Part shown: piece by piece, positions 1 to 8,653 of the stretch | How the letters are laid out: the number at the start of each line of letters is the position of its first letter | Numbering within the stretch: position 1 is the stretch's first letter | Assembly (NCBI GenBank): GCA_005889475.1 | Contig: VBGT01000051.1 | Coordinates: forward strand, 1,859 to 65,858 | DNA length: 64,000 bases | Direction of reading: 5' to 3' | Source: Chloroflexota bacterium | GTDB taxonomy: Bacteria > Chloroflexota > Limnocylindria > Limnocylindrales > CSP1-4 | Notes under the pieces: generated by a model | Told to the model about the DNA's origin: nothing | Seen by the model: only the letters and a program-made list of their open reading frames with translations | Databases searched by the model: none | Program-made: the position numbers and the translations under genes

Positions 1-618
1 CGCCGCGAGCGCCTCCGCGCGCTGGCTGGCGAACAGCGCGAGCAGCGTGAAGACCATCGTCCCGCCGACGGAGATGTTCAACACCAGCATGAGGTTCGTG
101 AACCACCCGGGCAGCGGTGACTGGAACCCGAGCACCAATCCGGCGAGCCCCGATCCGAGGAAGAACGCCAGGAACGCGACGTACCAGCGGATCCCATCGC
201 GCGTGCCGCCGAAGACGAGCGCACCCATCGGGGCCATCACGCCCCACAGCCCCACGCCGCCGGAGCCGAGGACGCCGCCCAGGGGGATCATCGACAGGGT
301 CGGGGCGGCCAGGATCGCCAGCAGCTGGATCCGAAGCAGCAACCCGAAGTCCCGCGTCCGGGCGAACAGGCCGATCGACGCCAGCGACACCGCGAAGTAG
401 AAGAGCGCGATGTAGCCCGTCCACGTGCCGAACGTGACGTACAGGACGCCCCAGATGACCGAGATCGGCAGGATCAGGACCGCGATCAGCACGAGCAGCG
501 TCTTCCGCAGTCGCGTCTCGTCGTCGTCGCCGGGATCGGCGCCGACCTGCGCGAGCCGCGAGAACGCGCCATCGAAGATCGCTCGGGCGGAGGTCACCGG
601 CGGAGGATACACACGCAT
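1..618 (-). CDS. Integral membrane protein, N-terminal part only (gene continues past the window start). Multi-TM, possibly the membrane domain of a sensor or cyclase.
   Basis: Reverse-complement translation from ATG at 618 reads MRVYPPPVTSARAIFDGAFSRLAQVGADPGDDDETRLRKTLLVLIAVLILPISVIWGVLYVTFGTWTGYIALFYFAVSLASIGLFAR..., with several hydrophobic helices. A GAGGGG RBS lies about 8 nt upstream. No stop before the window edge. The plus-strand ORFs 47..400 and 117..437 are antisense to it and look non-coding. Confidence 0.5.
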   Translation of the reverse strand, partial: MRVYPPPVTSARAIFDGAFSRLAQVGADPGDDDETRLRKTLLVLIAVLILPISVIWGVLYVTFGTWTGYIALFYFAVSLASIGLFARTRDFGLLLRIQLLAILAAPTLSMIPLGGVLGSGGVGLWGVMAPMGALVFGGTRDGIRWYVAFLAFFLGSGLAGLVLGFQSPLPGWFTNLMLVLNISVGGTMVFTLLALFASQRAEALAA

Positions 619-663
619 CGATCGGTACCCCTCGAGGCCAGGGCGCGCACCTATGATCGAGCC

Positions 664-1029
664 ATGGCCACCGATCCGCGCGTCGATGCCTACCTGGACG
701 CGCTGCCGCAGGGCCAGCGCGAGCTGCTCCAGCACCTCCGCGAGCAGATCCGGCGAGTCGTGCCCGAGGGGGAGGAGACGATCAGCTACGGCATGCCCGC
801 GTTCCGCCACCGCGGAACCTTCTTCGTCTCCTATGCCGGCTGGAAGCGCCACTGCAGCCTGTACCCGATGACCGACTCATTCCGCGCCGGGCATGCAGCG
901 GAGCTCGAGGGCTTCGGCGGCACCAAGGGCAGCGTGCATTTCACGCCGGAGCGGCCGCTGCCGGACGAGGTGATCGACGAGCTGATCCGCGCACGGCTTG
1001 CCGATCTCGAGCGCGGCCGATCCTATTGA
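664..1029 (+). CDS. DUF1801 (YdhG-like) family protein
   Basis: 121 aa. The motif DAYLDALPQGQRELLQHLREQIRRVVPEGEETISYGMPAF...FFVSYAGWKRHCSLYP matches the DUF1801 pattern. Confidence 0.7.
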   Translation: MATDPRVDAYLDALPQGQRELLQHLREQIRRVVPEGEETISYGMPAFRHRGTFFVSYAGWKRHCSLYPMTDSFRAGHAAELEGFGGTKGSVHFTPERPLPDEVIDELIRARLADLERGRSY

Positions 1030-1092
1030 CGCCGCGTTGACTCCGCGCCACGGGGCCGACCGGAGACTTCCAACTGTGCATATGCTTCAGGC

Positions 1093-1695
1093 ATGACCGG
1101 GGGGTCGTGGGACGACGCGTACCAGCAGAACGCCGTGCCGTGGGACATCGGGCGTCCCCAGCCTGCGATCGTCCGAATCGCCGGAATGGGAGGCCTGGTC
1201 GAGCCGGTGCTCGACAGCGGCTGCGGCTCGGGCGAGCACGCCCTGCTCGCGGCCTCGATGGGTCTCGAGGTCACGGGCATCGACGTTGCCCAGACCGCGA
1301 TCGAGCACGCTCGGGGGAAGGCCCGCCAGCGCGGGCTGTCGGCGGAGTTCATCGTCGGCGACGTGCTCGCCCTCGATCAGATCGAGCGTCTCGAGCCACC
1401 GTTTCGGACGATCATCGACACCGGCTGCTTCCACACCTTCGCCAATGCCGATCGGCCGCTGTACGCGGCGAGCCTCGCCTCCGTGACCGAGACCGGCGCG
1501 GTGCTCCACCTGCTGTGCTTCTCGGAGCACACGCCCGGGACGGAGGGCCCGCGGCGGGTGACCCAGGGCGAGATCACGGCCACGTTCTCGCGGGATTGGG
1601 AGGTCGACAGCATCGAGCCCGATACCTTCGCGGTATCGAACCTGTGGTCAGGCCCGACACCCAGCGCGTGGCTCGCCCGGATCGTGCGGCGCTGA
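1093..1695 (+). CDS. Class I SAM-dependent methyltransferase (TPMT/TehB-like)
   Basis: 200 aa. Glycine-rich SAM motif LDSGCGSGEHALLAASMGLEVTGIDV. Overall fold resembles thiopurine/tellurite methyltransferases. Confidence 0.7.
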   Translation: MTGGSWDDAYQQNAVPWDIGRPQPAIVRIAGMGGLVEPVLDSGCGSGEHALLAASMGLEVTGIDVAQTAIEHARGKARQRGLSAEFIVGDVLALDQIERLEPPFRTIIDTGCFHTFANADRPLYAASLASVTETGAVLHLLCFSEHTPGTEGPRRVTQGEITATFSRDWEVDSIEPDTFAVSNLWSGPTPSAWLARIVRR

Positions 1696-1769
1696 ACATC
1701 TCGGGGGTGGTCCCGATCCCCTGAAAGGGCTATTTCCGCGGGCGGGCTGGTGCGTACGCTGATGGACCG

Positions 1770-2522
1770 ATGACGGTACGCACCACGTCGTCGAACGAGC
1801 CGACGCCGGCACGGCCGCGCAATCGGCCGATCCGCGTCGCGCTCGTCGACGACCACCAGTTCATCGCCGACCTGCTGAGCAGAGCGCTCGAGCGCCGGCC
1901 GGGCCGGTTCGAGTTCATGGGCAATGCGCCGCGGCTGGCCGACGTTGGCGCCCTGCTGCGACAGGAGCCCGCCGACGTCGTGCTCGTCGACTACTCGCTG
2001 CCCGACGGGCGCGGCTCCGACGTGCTGCGCATGGTCCGCCGCCACTGGCCGCGGGCCCGGCTGGTCCTGTTCACCGGCCACTCCGAGTCGGACATCCTCC
2101 ACGAGGCCATCGCGGCCGGCGCGGATGGGATCCTGACCAAGGGCACGGGAGTGGACGAGATCCTCGACGTGATCGAGCGGGCAGATCGGGGCGACGTGCT
2201 CCTCGACGCGGGGACGCTGCGCGACCTCATGACCCAGCCCCACCGCGGCGCGAGCCAGCTGGCGGCCCTCGATCGGCTCACGCCGCGTGAGCGGATCGTG
2301 CTCGAGGCGGTCCTCGCCGCGGGCACCACGCAAGAGGCCGCGCGCCGGATCCAGATGGCGCCGGCGACGCTGCGCGTGCACCTCCACCGAGCGAGCCAGA
2401 AGCTGGGCGCGACGAGCCGCCTGGAGGCGATCAGCATGGCCCTCCGCGCCGGCCTCATCCGCGCTCCGTCGGGTGGCCCGCCGCGCTCCTCGCCGATCGG
2501 GACGGGTGGCGCCGAGGGGTAG
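1770..2522 (+). CDS. Two-component response regulator, NarL/FixJ (LuxR HTH) family
   Basis: N-terminal receiver domain (IRVALVDDHQF...VVLVDYSLPDGRG...LVLFTGH) and C-terminal LuxR-type HTH (LTPRERIVLEAVLAAGTTQEAARRIQMAPATLRVHLHRASQKLGA). Confidence 0.85.
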   Translation: MTVRTTSSNEPTPARPRNRPIRVALVDDHQFIADLLSRALERRPGRFEFMGNAPRLADVGALLRQEPADVVLVDYSLPDGRGSDVLRMVRRHWPRARLVLFTGHSESDILHEAIAAGADGILTKGTGVDEILDVIERADRGDVLLDAGTLRDLMTQPHRGASQLAALDRLTPRERIVLEAVLAAGTTQEAARRIQMAPATLRVHLHRASQKLGATSRLEAISMALRAGLIRAPSGGPPRSSPIGTGGAEG

Positions 2523-2597
2523 AATTCAGGTTTCCCGGTTCCTCGGCGACGCGCCCGGTCGCGCCTCGTCCGAGCCGGCCCTTTCGGGAGTGCGCCG

Positions 2598-3005
2598 ATG
2601 AACGCGTTCATCGTGGACCTCATGAACAAGCCGGGTGAGCTCGCCCGCCTTGCCGAGACGATTGCCCAGAAGGGCATCAACATCACCGGGTTCGCCGGCG
2701 CGACGTCCGGCGGCGCAGGCACGGTCGTGCTCATCACCAATGACGAGGCCGGCACGCGCAGCGCAATCAACGAGAAGGGTTTTCGGGCTCGCGAGATCGA
2801 GCTCGTGACCGCGTCGCTGGAGAACACGCCGGGCAGCCTGGCCGCGGCGGCGAGGAAGCTGGCCGATGCGGGCATCAACGTCGAGGCCGCCATGCCGACG
2901 GGCATGACTGGCAACAACGTCACGATCTCGTTCGCCACCGACCAGCCTTCGAAGGCGCGCGAGCTGCTCGGCGCCACCGAGCCGACCGGCATCGGCGTCG
3001 GCTGA
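2598..3005 (+). CDS. ACT domain-containing protein
   Basis: 135 aa, two ACT-like halves (ELARLAETIAQKGINITGF... and SLAAAARKLADAGINVEAA). RBS GGGAG upstream. Confidence 0.7.
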   Translation: MNAFIVDLMNKPGELARLAETIAQKGINITGFAGATSGGAGTVVLITNDEAGTRSAINEKGFRAREIELVTASLENTPGSLAAAARKLADAGINVEAAMPTGMTGNNVTISFATDQPSKARELLGATEPTGIGVG

Positions 3006-3017
3006 GCGCCCGATTCT

Positions 3018-3048
3018 CGAACGTCGAGTCCCGGGCGGCACCCGGGAC
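3018..3048 (+). terminator. Stem-loop after the ACT gene (13-bp perfect stem, gtcgagtcccggg/cccgggactcgac)
   Basis: Perfect inverted repeat immediately after the stop. No clear U-tract, which is common for high-GC intrinsic terminators. Confidence 0.45.
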
Positions 3049-3094
3049 TCGACACGTCACGTCTCCGACACATTCGTCTGGCAGGATTCGGCGC

Positions 3095-3502
3095 GTGAAC
3101 ACCACTGATCTCGAGGCTCGGCTCTCGAAGCTGAGCCCGCTCCAGTACGCCGTGACCCAGGAGGGTCAAACCGAGCGCGCCTTCACCGGCGCCTATTGGA
3201 ACAACCACGCCGACGGGACCTACCGTTGCGTCGTATGCAACTCGCCGCTGTTCGACGCGGGCACGAAGTTCGAGTCCGGCACGGGCTGGCCGAGCTTCTA
3301 CGACGTGATCGAGAACGGCCGCGTCGCCACGAAGGAGGACCGCTCCTTCGGCATGCGTCGCATCGAGGCGACCTGCGCGAACTGCGGGGCGCACCTCGGC
3401 CATGTCTTCGAGGACGGGCCTCGCCCGACCGGCCTGCGCTACTGCATGAACTCGGCGTCGCTCGACTTCGAGCCGAAGAGCGAGAAGGCCGCGGCCGGCT
3501 AG
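3095..3502 (+). CDS. msrB: Peptide-methionine (R)-S-oxide reductase MsrB
   Basis: 135 aa. Canonical MsrB motifs YRCVVCNSPLF...GWPSF...CANCGAHLGHVFEDGP with both CxxC pairs. Confidence 0.92.
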   Translation: MNTTDLEARLSKLSPLQYAVTQEGQTERAFTGAYWNNHADGTYRCVVCNSPLFDAGTKFESGTGWPSFYDVIENGRVATKEDRSFGMRRIEATCANCGAHLGHVFEDGPRPTGLRYCMNSASLDFEPKSEKAAAG

Positions 3503-3570
3503 AACCCCCGGCCGAGAGCGGCCGGCGAGGGCCGTGAAGGGATCCGGCCCTCGGGGTTCGCCTGTCCTTT

Positions 3571-3720
3571 CGTTCATCAGAGGTTGCTTGTGCCCCCCGG
3601 AAGGGTCACCTGAGCCCAGGGCACGGCCCTCCTGCGGTGGGCGGCTCACCGCATGGTCCATCCGCCCACTGGAGACCGAGCACCGACCCGCTCCCCGGGT
3701 GTAAGCATCCTCTGATGGAG
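3571..3720 (+). repeat. Structured ~150-nt intergenic repeat element, copy A (terminal 22-bp inverted arms plus an internal hairpin). The homologous copy B lies inverted at 7724..7873.
   Basis: 5' arm cgttcatcagaggttgcttgtgccc pairs with 3' arm gggtgtaagcatcctctgatggag (one mismatch in 22 bp). Internal hairpin gtgggcgg...ccgcccac. The ends are near-identical to the reverse complement of copy B. Confidence 0.6.
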
Positions 3721-3794
3721 ATCGCGGGTGGGCAGGACGAGGGAGTGCAGCCGCCACGCCGCAACGTTTCCGCCGATCGGGCCGTAGGTAGGCC

Positions 3795-4400
3795 GTGATC
3801 GAGAGCGAACGCGACCGCGCCGCCGACCAGGCCTACCGCGATCACGCCAACGACGTGTACCGCGTCGCGTACGGGATCCTCCGCGACCCGGACGAGGCGC
3901 TCGACGCGACGCACGACACGTTCGCGCGCGCCTGGGAGCGCTGGGACCAGTACGACCGCCAGCGTCCGCTGCGTGGCTGGCTGCACGGCATCGTGGTCCA
4001 TCTCGCGCTCGACCAGCTCCGTCGGCGACGGGTCCGCCGGCTCGCGCTGCCCGTCCTCGGCCGCGCGACGGCCTCGCTCGAGCGCACGACGCAGCCCGAT
4101 CCCGCCGATGACGTGACGCGCCGCCAGCTCGTCGAGGCGGCCCTGGACGGTCTCCGCCCCGAGGTCCGCGCCACCCTGGTCCTGCGCCACTTCTACGGCT
4201 ATGACTACGCCCAGATCGGGACGTTCCTGGGGATCAGCAGCGGCACCGTCGGCTCGACGCTGTCGCGCGCCCACGCCGCCATCCGCCGACGACTCGAGGC
4301 CGAGGATGCGTCTGCACCCGGCGAGTCGAGCCCCGCCACCAGCCCGACGCTCGCGGCGCGCCGCGGCACGTCGACCGAGCCGCCCGAGGTGCTCCGATGA
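3795..4400 (+). CDS. ECF (sigma-70 family) RNA polymerase sigma factor
   Basis: 201 aa, GTG start. Region 2 (YRVAYGILRDPDEALDATHDTFARAWE) and region 4 (LRHFYGYDYAQIGTFLGISSGTVGSTLSRA) motifs. Stop overlaps the downstream ATG (ATGA). Confidence 0.88.
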   Translation: MIESERDRAADQAYRDHANDVYRVAYGILRDPDEALDATHDTFARAWERWDQYDRQRPLRGWLHGIVVHLALDQLRRRRVRRLALPVLGRATASLERTTQPDPADDVTRRQLVEAALDGLRPEVRATLVLRHFYGYDYAQIGTFLGISSGTVGSTLSRAHAAIRRRLEAEDASAPGESSPATSPTLAARRGTSTEPPEVLR

Positions 4401-6133
4401 CCCGCGATCCCCACGCCAACGCCCTCGACGACGCGACGATCGAGCAGCTCGTCCGCGACGTGGCCGGCTCGTGGACGATGCCGCCGGTCCGGCTCGACGC
4501 GCCCAGCTGGCGCGACCGGGTACGGAGGCCCGGTGCCCGCCGGCTCGCCGTCGCGGGTGGCTGGCTGGGCCGCTTCGGCCAGGCCGCGACAGCGGCGGCC
4601 GCGCTGACCGTCGTCGGCGCCCTGATCGCCGTCGTCCTGACGCACCCCCCGACGGAGCCGGGCAAGAGCCCGCAGCCCTCGACCGGCACGACGCCGGGCC
4701 CGACCAGGGGCGCACAGGCCACGCCGCTGCCGAAGATCCTGCTCGCGGGCGACGAGCCGAACCCCGCCGTGGTCGTCGTTCGCACCGAGCGTGGTGACTA
4801 CGCCCGCGTCGACCTGGCGACGGGCTCGATCGACGGGCCGCTGACCAGCAAGAGCTCGTCCAGCGAGCTGCGGCTCCAGGGCGGCGGGACCATGGTCTGC
4901 CTGTGCGTCTCGGAGTCGGGGAGCATCGGTGGGATGCCCACGGATAACTCCGTGAGCCTCGACCGCTACGACTCCCGGGGCAAGTTGACCTCCAGCTCGC
5001 CGATCCAGTCCTTCTCGGGCGAGCCCGACCCGCGCGACGTGGGCGAGCTGATCCCCGACAAGCCGGCCCACGTCCTGACCAACATCGGCTACAGCCCCGA
5101 CGGGCGCTATGGCTTCGTCGGCTGGAGCGTGCGCGCCCATCCGGTCTGGCAGAGCGGCATCGTCGTGGTCGACATGCGCGACGGGTCGGTCGTCAGCCGC
5201 CTGGCGCTGCCCGACGCGAGCGACGGCGAGGGAGATGCGCGCCGGGTGGTCACGGCGCCCGGCGTCGTCGGCTCGATCGGCTCGAGCAGCGTGGCGGTCG
5301 CGCGGAGCTGGTACGAGTGGACACCTGCGGCGTCGCTGGAGCCCAGTTATACGTTCGAGAACGACGTCTTCACCGCGAAGCTCGGCGACGGCACCTTCTC
5401 GGATCTCGCGCCGGTGCGGCTCGCCAGCGATTGCGGTGCGACGGTCAACCGCGCCGGCGCGCTGCCCGAAGGAGGCTTCTGGCTCGCCTGCACGCAGGGT
5501 GGCGCGGAGCTCACGATCGTGCGCCGGCTCGCGGCCGACGGCTCGCTGCTCGGCGACGTCCGGGTCAACGGTGGTGTCGGCATCGATGCCGATCCGACCG
5601 CACTGAGCGACAACGGCGCCACCCTGTACGTCTGGGATCCCTCCGGCGCCACGCTGACCGGGGTCGATCTCGCAAAAGGGACCAAGACCTCGGGCAAGGG
5701 CATCGCGGCGGCCGGGGACGGCCCGCTGTCGGCGCTCGGGCATTGGCTCGCTCCCACCGCAGCTGCGAAGTCGTTCCTGCGCGGTGCGCTCGCGATCTCA
5801 CCTGATGGGTCGCGGATCTACGCCATCGGCGTCAAGGGCGGGGGCAGCTCGCACGAGATGGCGGGCTCGACGGGCGTGTTCGTGTTCGACGCCGCGTCGC
5901 TCGAACCCGCGGGGGTCTGGCAGCCGACCGCCGACTACGTCTCGCTCGCGGTCAGCGCCGACGGCCGCTTCGTCTACGCCGCGGGCCTGCCCGGGATCGA
6001 CGCGGCCGGCGAGCGGCAGCTGGACCAGCAGGCCTCGATCACGGTCTACGACACGACCGACGGCTCGGTCCGGCTCATCGCCGGCCGTCTCGGCGGCGAC
6101 ATGCTGTCGTTCATCTCGAGCGCCCTGAACTGA
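4397..6133 (+). CDS. Putative membrane-anchored anti-sigma factor with a large extracytoplasmic beta-propeller-like domain
   Basis: Translationally coupled to the ECF sigma gene. Cytoplasmic N-terminus, a single TM (AAAALTVVGALIAVVL), then ~480 aa with repeated DG..YA.G / LYVWD beta-propeller-like motifs. No zinc-binding HxxxCxxC motif. Confidence 0.6.
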   Translation: MTRDPHANALDDATIEQLVRDVAGSWTMPPVRLDAPSWRDRVRRPGARRLAVAGGWLGRFGQAATAAAALTVVGALIAVVLTHPPTEPGKSPQPSTGTTPGPTRGAQATPLPKILLAGDEPNPAVVVVRTERGDYARVDLATGSIDGPLTSKSSSSELRLQGGGTMVCLCVSESGSIGGMPTDNSVSLDRYDSRGKLTSSSPIQSFSGEPDPRDVGELIPDKPAHVLTNIGYSPDGRYGFVGWSVRAHPVWQSGIVVVDMRDGSVVSRLALPDASDGEGDARRVVTAPGVVGSIGSSSVAVARSWYEWTPAASLEPSYTFENDVFTAKLGDGTFSDLAPVRLASDCGATVNRAGALPEGGFWLACTQGGAELTIVRRLAADGSLLGDVRVNGGVGIDADPTALSDNGATLYVWDPSGATLTGVDLAKGTKTSGKGIAAAGDGPLSALGHWLAPTAAAKSFLRGALAISPDGSRIYAIGVKGGGSSHEMAGSTGVFVFDAASLEPAGVWQPTADYVSLAVSADGRFVYAAGLPGIDAAGERQLDQQASITVYDTTDGSVRLIAGRLGGDMLSFISSALN

Positions 6134-6215
6134 CCTTCGGCGGGCTGCGTCCCGCCCACGGGCAGCGTCCCGCGACGCGCGGCGCCACGCCGTCGCGCGC
6201 CGCTACCCTCCAGCG

Positions 6216-7481
6216 GTGCTCGCGACCGCCCGCACCCGGCTCGGCGCGATCGCCGCCGAGATCGACCGATCGATCGCCATCCTGGCGCTCCTTTCGTTCA
6301 TCTCCCAGGTCGGCGTCTCGATCATGCTGCCGCTGCTGCCGCTGTACGCGGTGGCGGTCGGGGCGACACCGGCCGAGGTCGGGCTCATGGTCAGCGTGTT
6401 CTCGGTGACCTCGACCGTCGGCCAGCTCGGGTCGGGATTCCTGAGCTCGCGGATCTCGGCCCGCCGACAGATGCCGCTCGGCCAGGCGGTCTACGCGACC
6501 GGCAACTTCCTCATCGCGACGACCACCGCGGCGCTGCCATTGATCACGTTCCGGGCGCTGTCCGGGCTCGGTGGCGGGCTGACGATCATCGCCGAGCGGC
6601 TGTACATCGCGCGGGTCACGGTCCAGTCTCGGCTCGCGTTCACCAACGGCGTCGTGTCCGCCGCGGCCTCCTCGGGGTCGGTGCTCGGTCCGCTGCTCGG
6701 TGCCGTGCTCGCGCTGCACGACCTGCGCGTGCCGTTCTTCGTCGTCGGTTGCACGGCGACGGTGGCTGGGGTCGCCGCCTTCCTGTTCCTGCCGGCGCAG
6801 CGCCATCTTCCGGCGGGAGAGCCGTCGGCCGCCGCGACGGTCATGCCGGAGGCGGTCGAGCTCGTTCCCGGCGTCGAGGCGCCCGCGACGCCGGCCGTCG
6901 AAGCGAGCCCCAGCCGCTGGGAGCATGCCTCGCCGCTGGTCCGCCTCGCGATCTGGAGCGTGGCGTTCAACGCCGCCTACGGCAGCTGGATCACCACATT
7001 CGGGCCGTATTCGAAGGACGTCCTCGGCCAGCCCCAGGTGTTCGTGCAGCTGTTCTTCGCGCCGTTCGGGCTGGGCGCGATCGTGTTCGGCCCGATCCTC
7101 GCCCGACTGGCGGATCGAACCGGCCGCCGGCGGATGGTGGCCATCGGGACGGTCATGTTGCTGTCGAACATCGTGGCGCTGATCGTCGGCGCGCCGATGA
7201 TCGTGCTGTACGCCTCGGCGGCGATCGCCGGGGGCGGGCTGGCGGCCGCGCAGTCGGCGTGGTTCGCGCTGCTCGCCGTGGCCACGGACTCCGGCCGGCG
7301 CGGCCGGTCGTTCGGGCTCGTGAGCGCGCTGTCGAACCTGGGCGTCATCGCGGGCGCCTCGGTCGCGTCGAGCGCGTGGTCGGCGATCGGTCTGCGAGAG
7401 GGGATGGTGAGCGCTGCCGTCTTCCTCGTCCTGGCGATTGCCTCGCTGGCGCTCGTCCCAAGCGACCGCGCGCGCGGCTAG
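6216..7481 (+). CDS. MFS transporter
   Basis: 421 aa, about 12 TM segments. Matches the MFS conserved-loop pattern (LSGLGGG...). GTG start. Confidence 0.8.
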   Translation: MLATARTRLGAIAAEIDRSIAILALLSFISQVGVSIMLPLLPLYAVAVGATPAEVGLMVSVFSVTSTVGQLGSGFLSSRISARRQMPLGQAVYATGNFLIATTTAALPLITFRALSGLGGGLTIIAERLYIARVTVQSRLAFTNGVVSAAASSGSVLGPLLGAVLALHDLRVPFFVVGCTATVAGVAAFLFLPAQRHLPAGEPSAAATVMPEAVELVPGVEAPATPAVEASPSRWEHASPLVRLAIWSVAFNAAYGSWITTFGPYSKDVLGQPQVFVQLFFAPFGLGAIVFGPILARLADRTGRRRMVAIGTVMLLSNIVALIVGAPMIVLYASAAIAGGGLAAAQSAWFALLAVATDSGRRGRSFGLVSALSNLGVIAGASVASSAWSAIGLREGMVSAAVFLVLAIASLALVPSDRARG

Positions 7482-7562
7482 ACTCAGCGCATCGACCCGC
7501 TTGGATGCGGGTCACGGTACGGGAGGTCGATCCGGGTGAGTCATCACGATAAGGCGGGAGCC

Positions 7563-7622
7563 ATGAAGAAGGCCGCGCCGGTCAAGAAGTCCGCAGCGAC
7601 CAAGAAGACCACCAAGAAGTAG
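7563..7622 (+). CDS. Candidate 19-aa lysine-rich small ORF (MKKAAPVKKSAATKKTTKK)
   Basis: ATG preceded by AAGGCGGGAG (GGAG about 7 nt upstream). An in-frame stop lies 3 codons upstream, so this is the maximal ORF. Two hairpins follow immediately downstream. Confidence 0.35.
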   Translation: MKKAAPVKKSAATKKTTKK

Positions 7623-7659
7623 CCACCCCGACCCTCCACCGCGAGGGTCGTTTCAGTTC

Positions 7660-7695
7660 CGAAGGGGGCCTGCCGGGCCCCCTTCGTCATTCCTC
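7660..7695 (+). terminator. Stem-loop (11-bp perfect stem cgaagggggcc/ggcccccttcg, 5-nt loop) followed by tcattcctc
   Basis: Perfect hairpin 40 nt after the small ORF stop. A second 7-bp hairpin (gaccctc/gagggtc) lies at 7630..7650. Confidence 0.5.
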
Positions 7696-7723
7696 GCCGA
7701 CCTTGCAACCCCTTCCGGACCTC

Positions 7724-7873
7724 TTCCATCAGAGGTTGCCTGGACCCGACGAGCCCCTCCCAACCCGGGGCCGGGCGGGCGGATGGCCCATCCGCTGAGC
7801 TGCGCATCGGACGAGGGCCCTCTTCCGGACTTCCCCCCGCCCTCCAACGGGCACAAGCAACCTTTGATGAACG
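7724..7873 (-). repeat. Structured ~150-nt intergenic repeat element, copy B (inverted relative to copy A)
   Basis: The reverse complement begins cgttcatcaaaggttgcttgtgccc (24 of 25 nt match copy A's 5' arm) and ends gcaacctctgatggaag. Internal hairpin gcggatgg/ccatccgc corresponds to copy A's atggtccatccgccc. Compensatory changes preserve the long terminal stem. Confidence 0.6.
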
Positions 7874-7885
7874 ATCGGCGGCCGC

Positions 7886-8467
7886 CTACCGATCTTCGGC
7901 CACGTTCCAGCGCTCGATCACGCTCTGCTCTCGCTCCCAGCCGAGCACCGAGATCGTCGCCGTCGCAAGCTCGAAGAGCCGCCCGTCGCGGACCGGGAGC
8001 CCGAGCCAGCGCGCGGTGAGCGCGCGGAGCACGTGGCCGTGCGCGAAGGCGAGCGCATCGCCCTTGCCCGCCCGGACTCGGGCGATGACCCGGTCGACAC
8101 GGGCGGTGACGTGGCGCGCCGTCTCGCCGTCCTCCGGCCCGTCGCGCCAGATCGTCCAGCCCGGGCGCGCCGCGCGGATCTCCTCCGTCTTCCGGCCCTC
8201 GTCGGCGCCGTAGTCCCATTCGCGCAGGTCGTCGGTGACCTCGACCCGGCCGCCGAAGCCGGCAAGGCGCGCGGTGTCGAGGGCGCGCGACATCGGGCTT
8301 GACAGCACGAGTCCGAAGGCCCGTCCGGCCAGCCGTCGCCCGACCGCCTCGCCTTCGGACCGTCCGCGGGCGGTCAGTGGAACGTCCGTGTGACTCGTGT
8401 GCCGCCCAAGCCGCGCCCACGTCGTCTCGCCGTGCCGGACGATCCAGAGCTTCGGCGCCGGGTCCAT
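7886..8467 (-). CDS. Histidine phosphatase family protein (phosphoglycerate mutase-like)
   Basis: 193 aa. N-terminal RHGET catalytic motif (LWIVRHGETTWA) and downstream GHV...H motif. Confidence 0.85.
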   Translation of the reverse strand: MDPAPKLWIVRHGETTWARLGRHTSHTDVPLTARGRSEGEAVGRRLAGRAFGLVLSSPMSRALDTARLAGFGGRVEVTDDLREWDYGADEGRKTEEIRAARPGWTIWRDGPEDGETARHVTARVDRVIARVRAGKGDALAFAHGHVLRALTARWLGLPVRDGRLFELATATISVLGWEREQSVIERWNVAEDR

Positions 8468-8522
8468 TGCCCGGAGCGTACCCGCGGTGCCGCGTCCAGG
8501 TCTCGATCCGCGATGAGGTCGG

Positions 8523-8612
8523 CCTAGTCGACGTACTGGAGCGGCGTGACCGCGAAGCCCTCCGGGAGCGTGATGCCGGTCGCGTGGTTCGGGCAGTAGC
8601 CGTTCGGGACCT
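8523..8612 (-). pseudogene. Orphan fragment of the msrA 3' end (last ~29 codons: [29 protein letters not shown]), same orientation as intact msrA
   Basis: Reverse-complement translation matches the msrA C-terminus [29 protein letters not shown]. About 78% nt identity to 10354..10443, including an identical 28-mer tggttcgggcagtagccgttcgggacct. Homology stops abruptly upstream (in-frame stop 5 codons before). Confidence 0.8.
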
Positions 8613-8653
8613 CAGATGTGTGAGCCTATGACTCGCCCGGCGTTAGCGGCTCG

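Noticed and set aside
1377-3757. Long minus-strand ORFs (1377..2387, 1991..3757) overlapping the response regulator, ACT and msrB genes
   Set aside because: Antisense to genes with clear domain content. Typical GC-rich spurious ORFs. Translations are Arg/Pro/Ala low-complexity.
4205-5743. 512-aa minus-strand ORF and other long antisense ORFs across the anti-sigma gene
   Set aside because: Antisense to a gene with a coherent domain organisation. Low-complexity translation.
3570-7875. Shared peptide GHKQPLMNER / NGHKQPLMNDRR in two unrelated track ORFs (1991..3757 minus and 7783..8019 plus)
   Set aside because: Arises from translating the conserved arm of the two inverted repeat copies, not from a real protein family.
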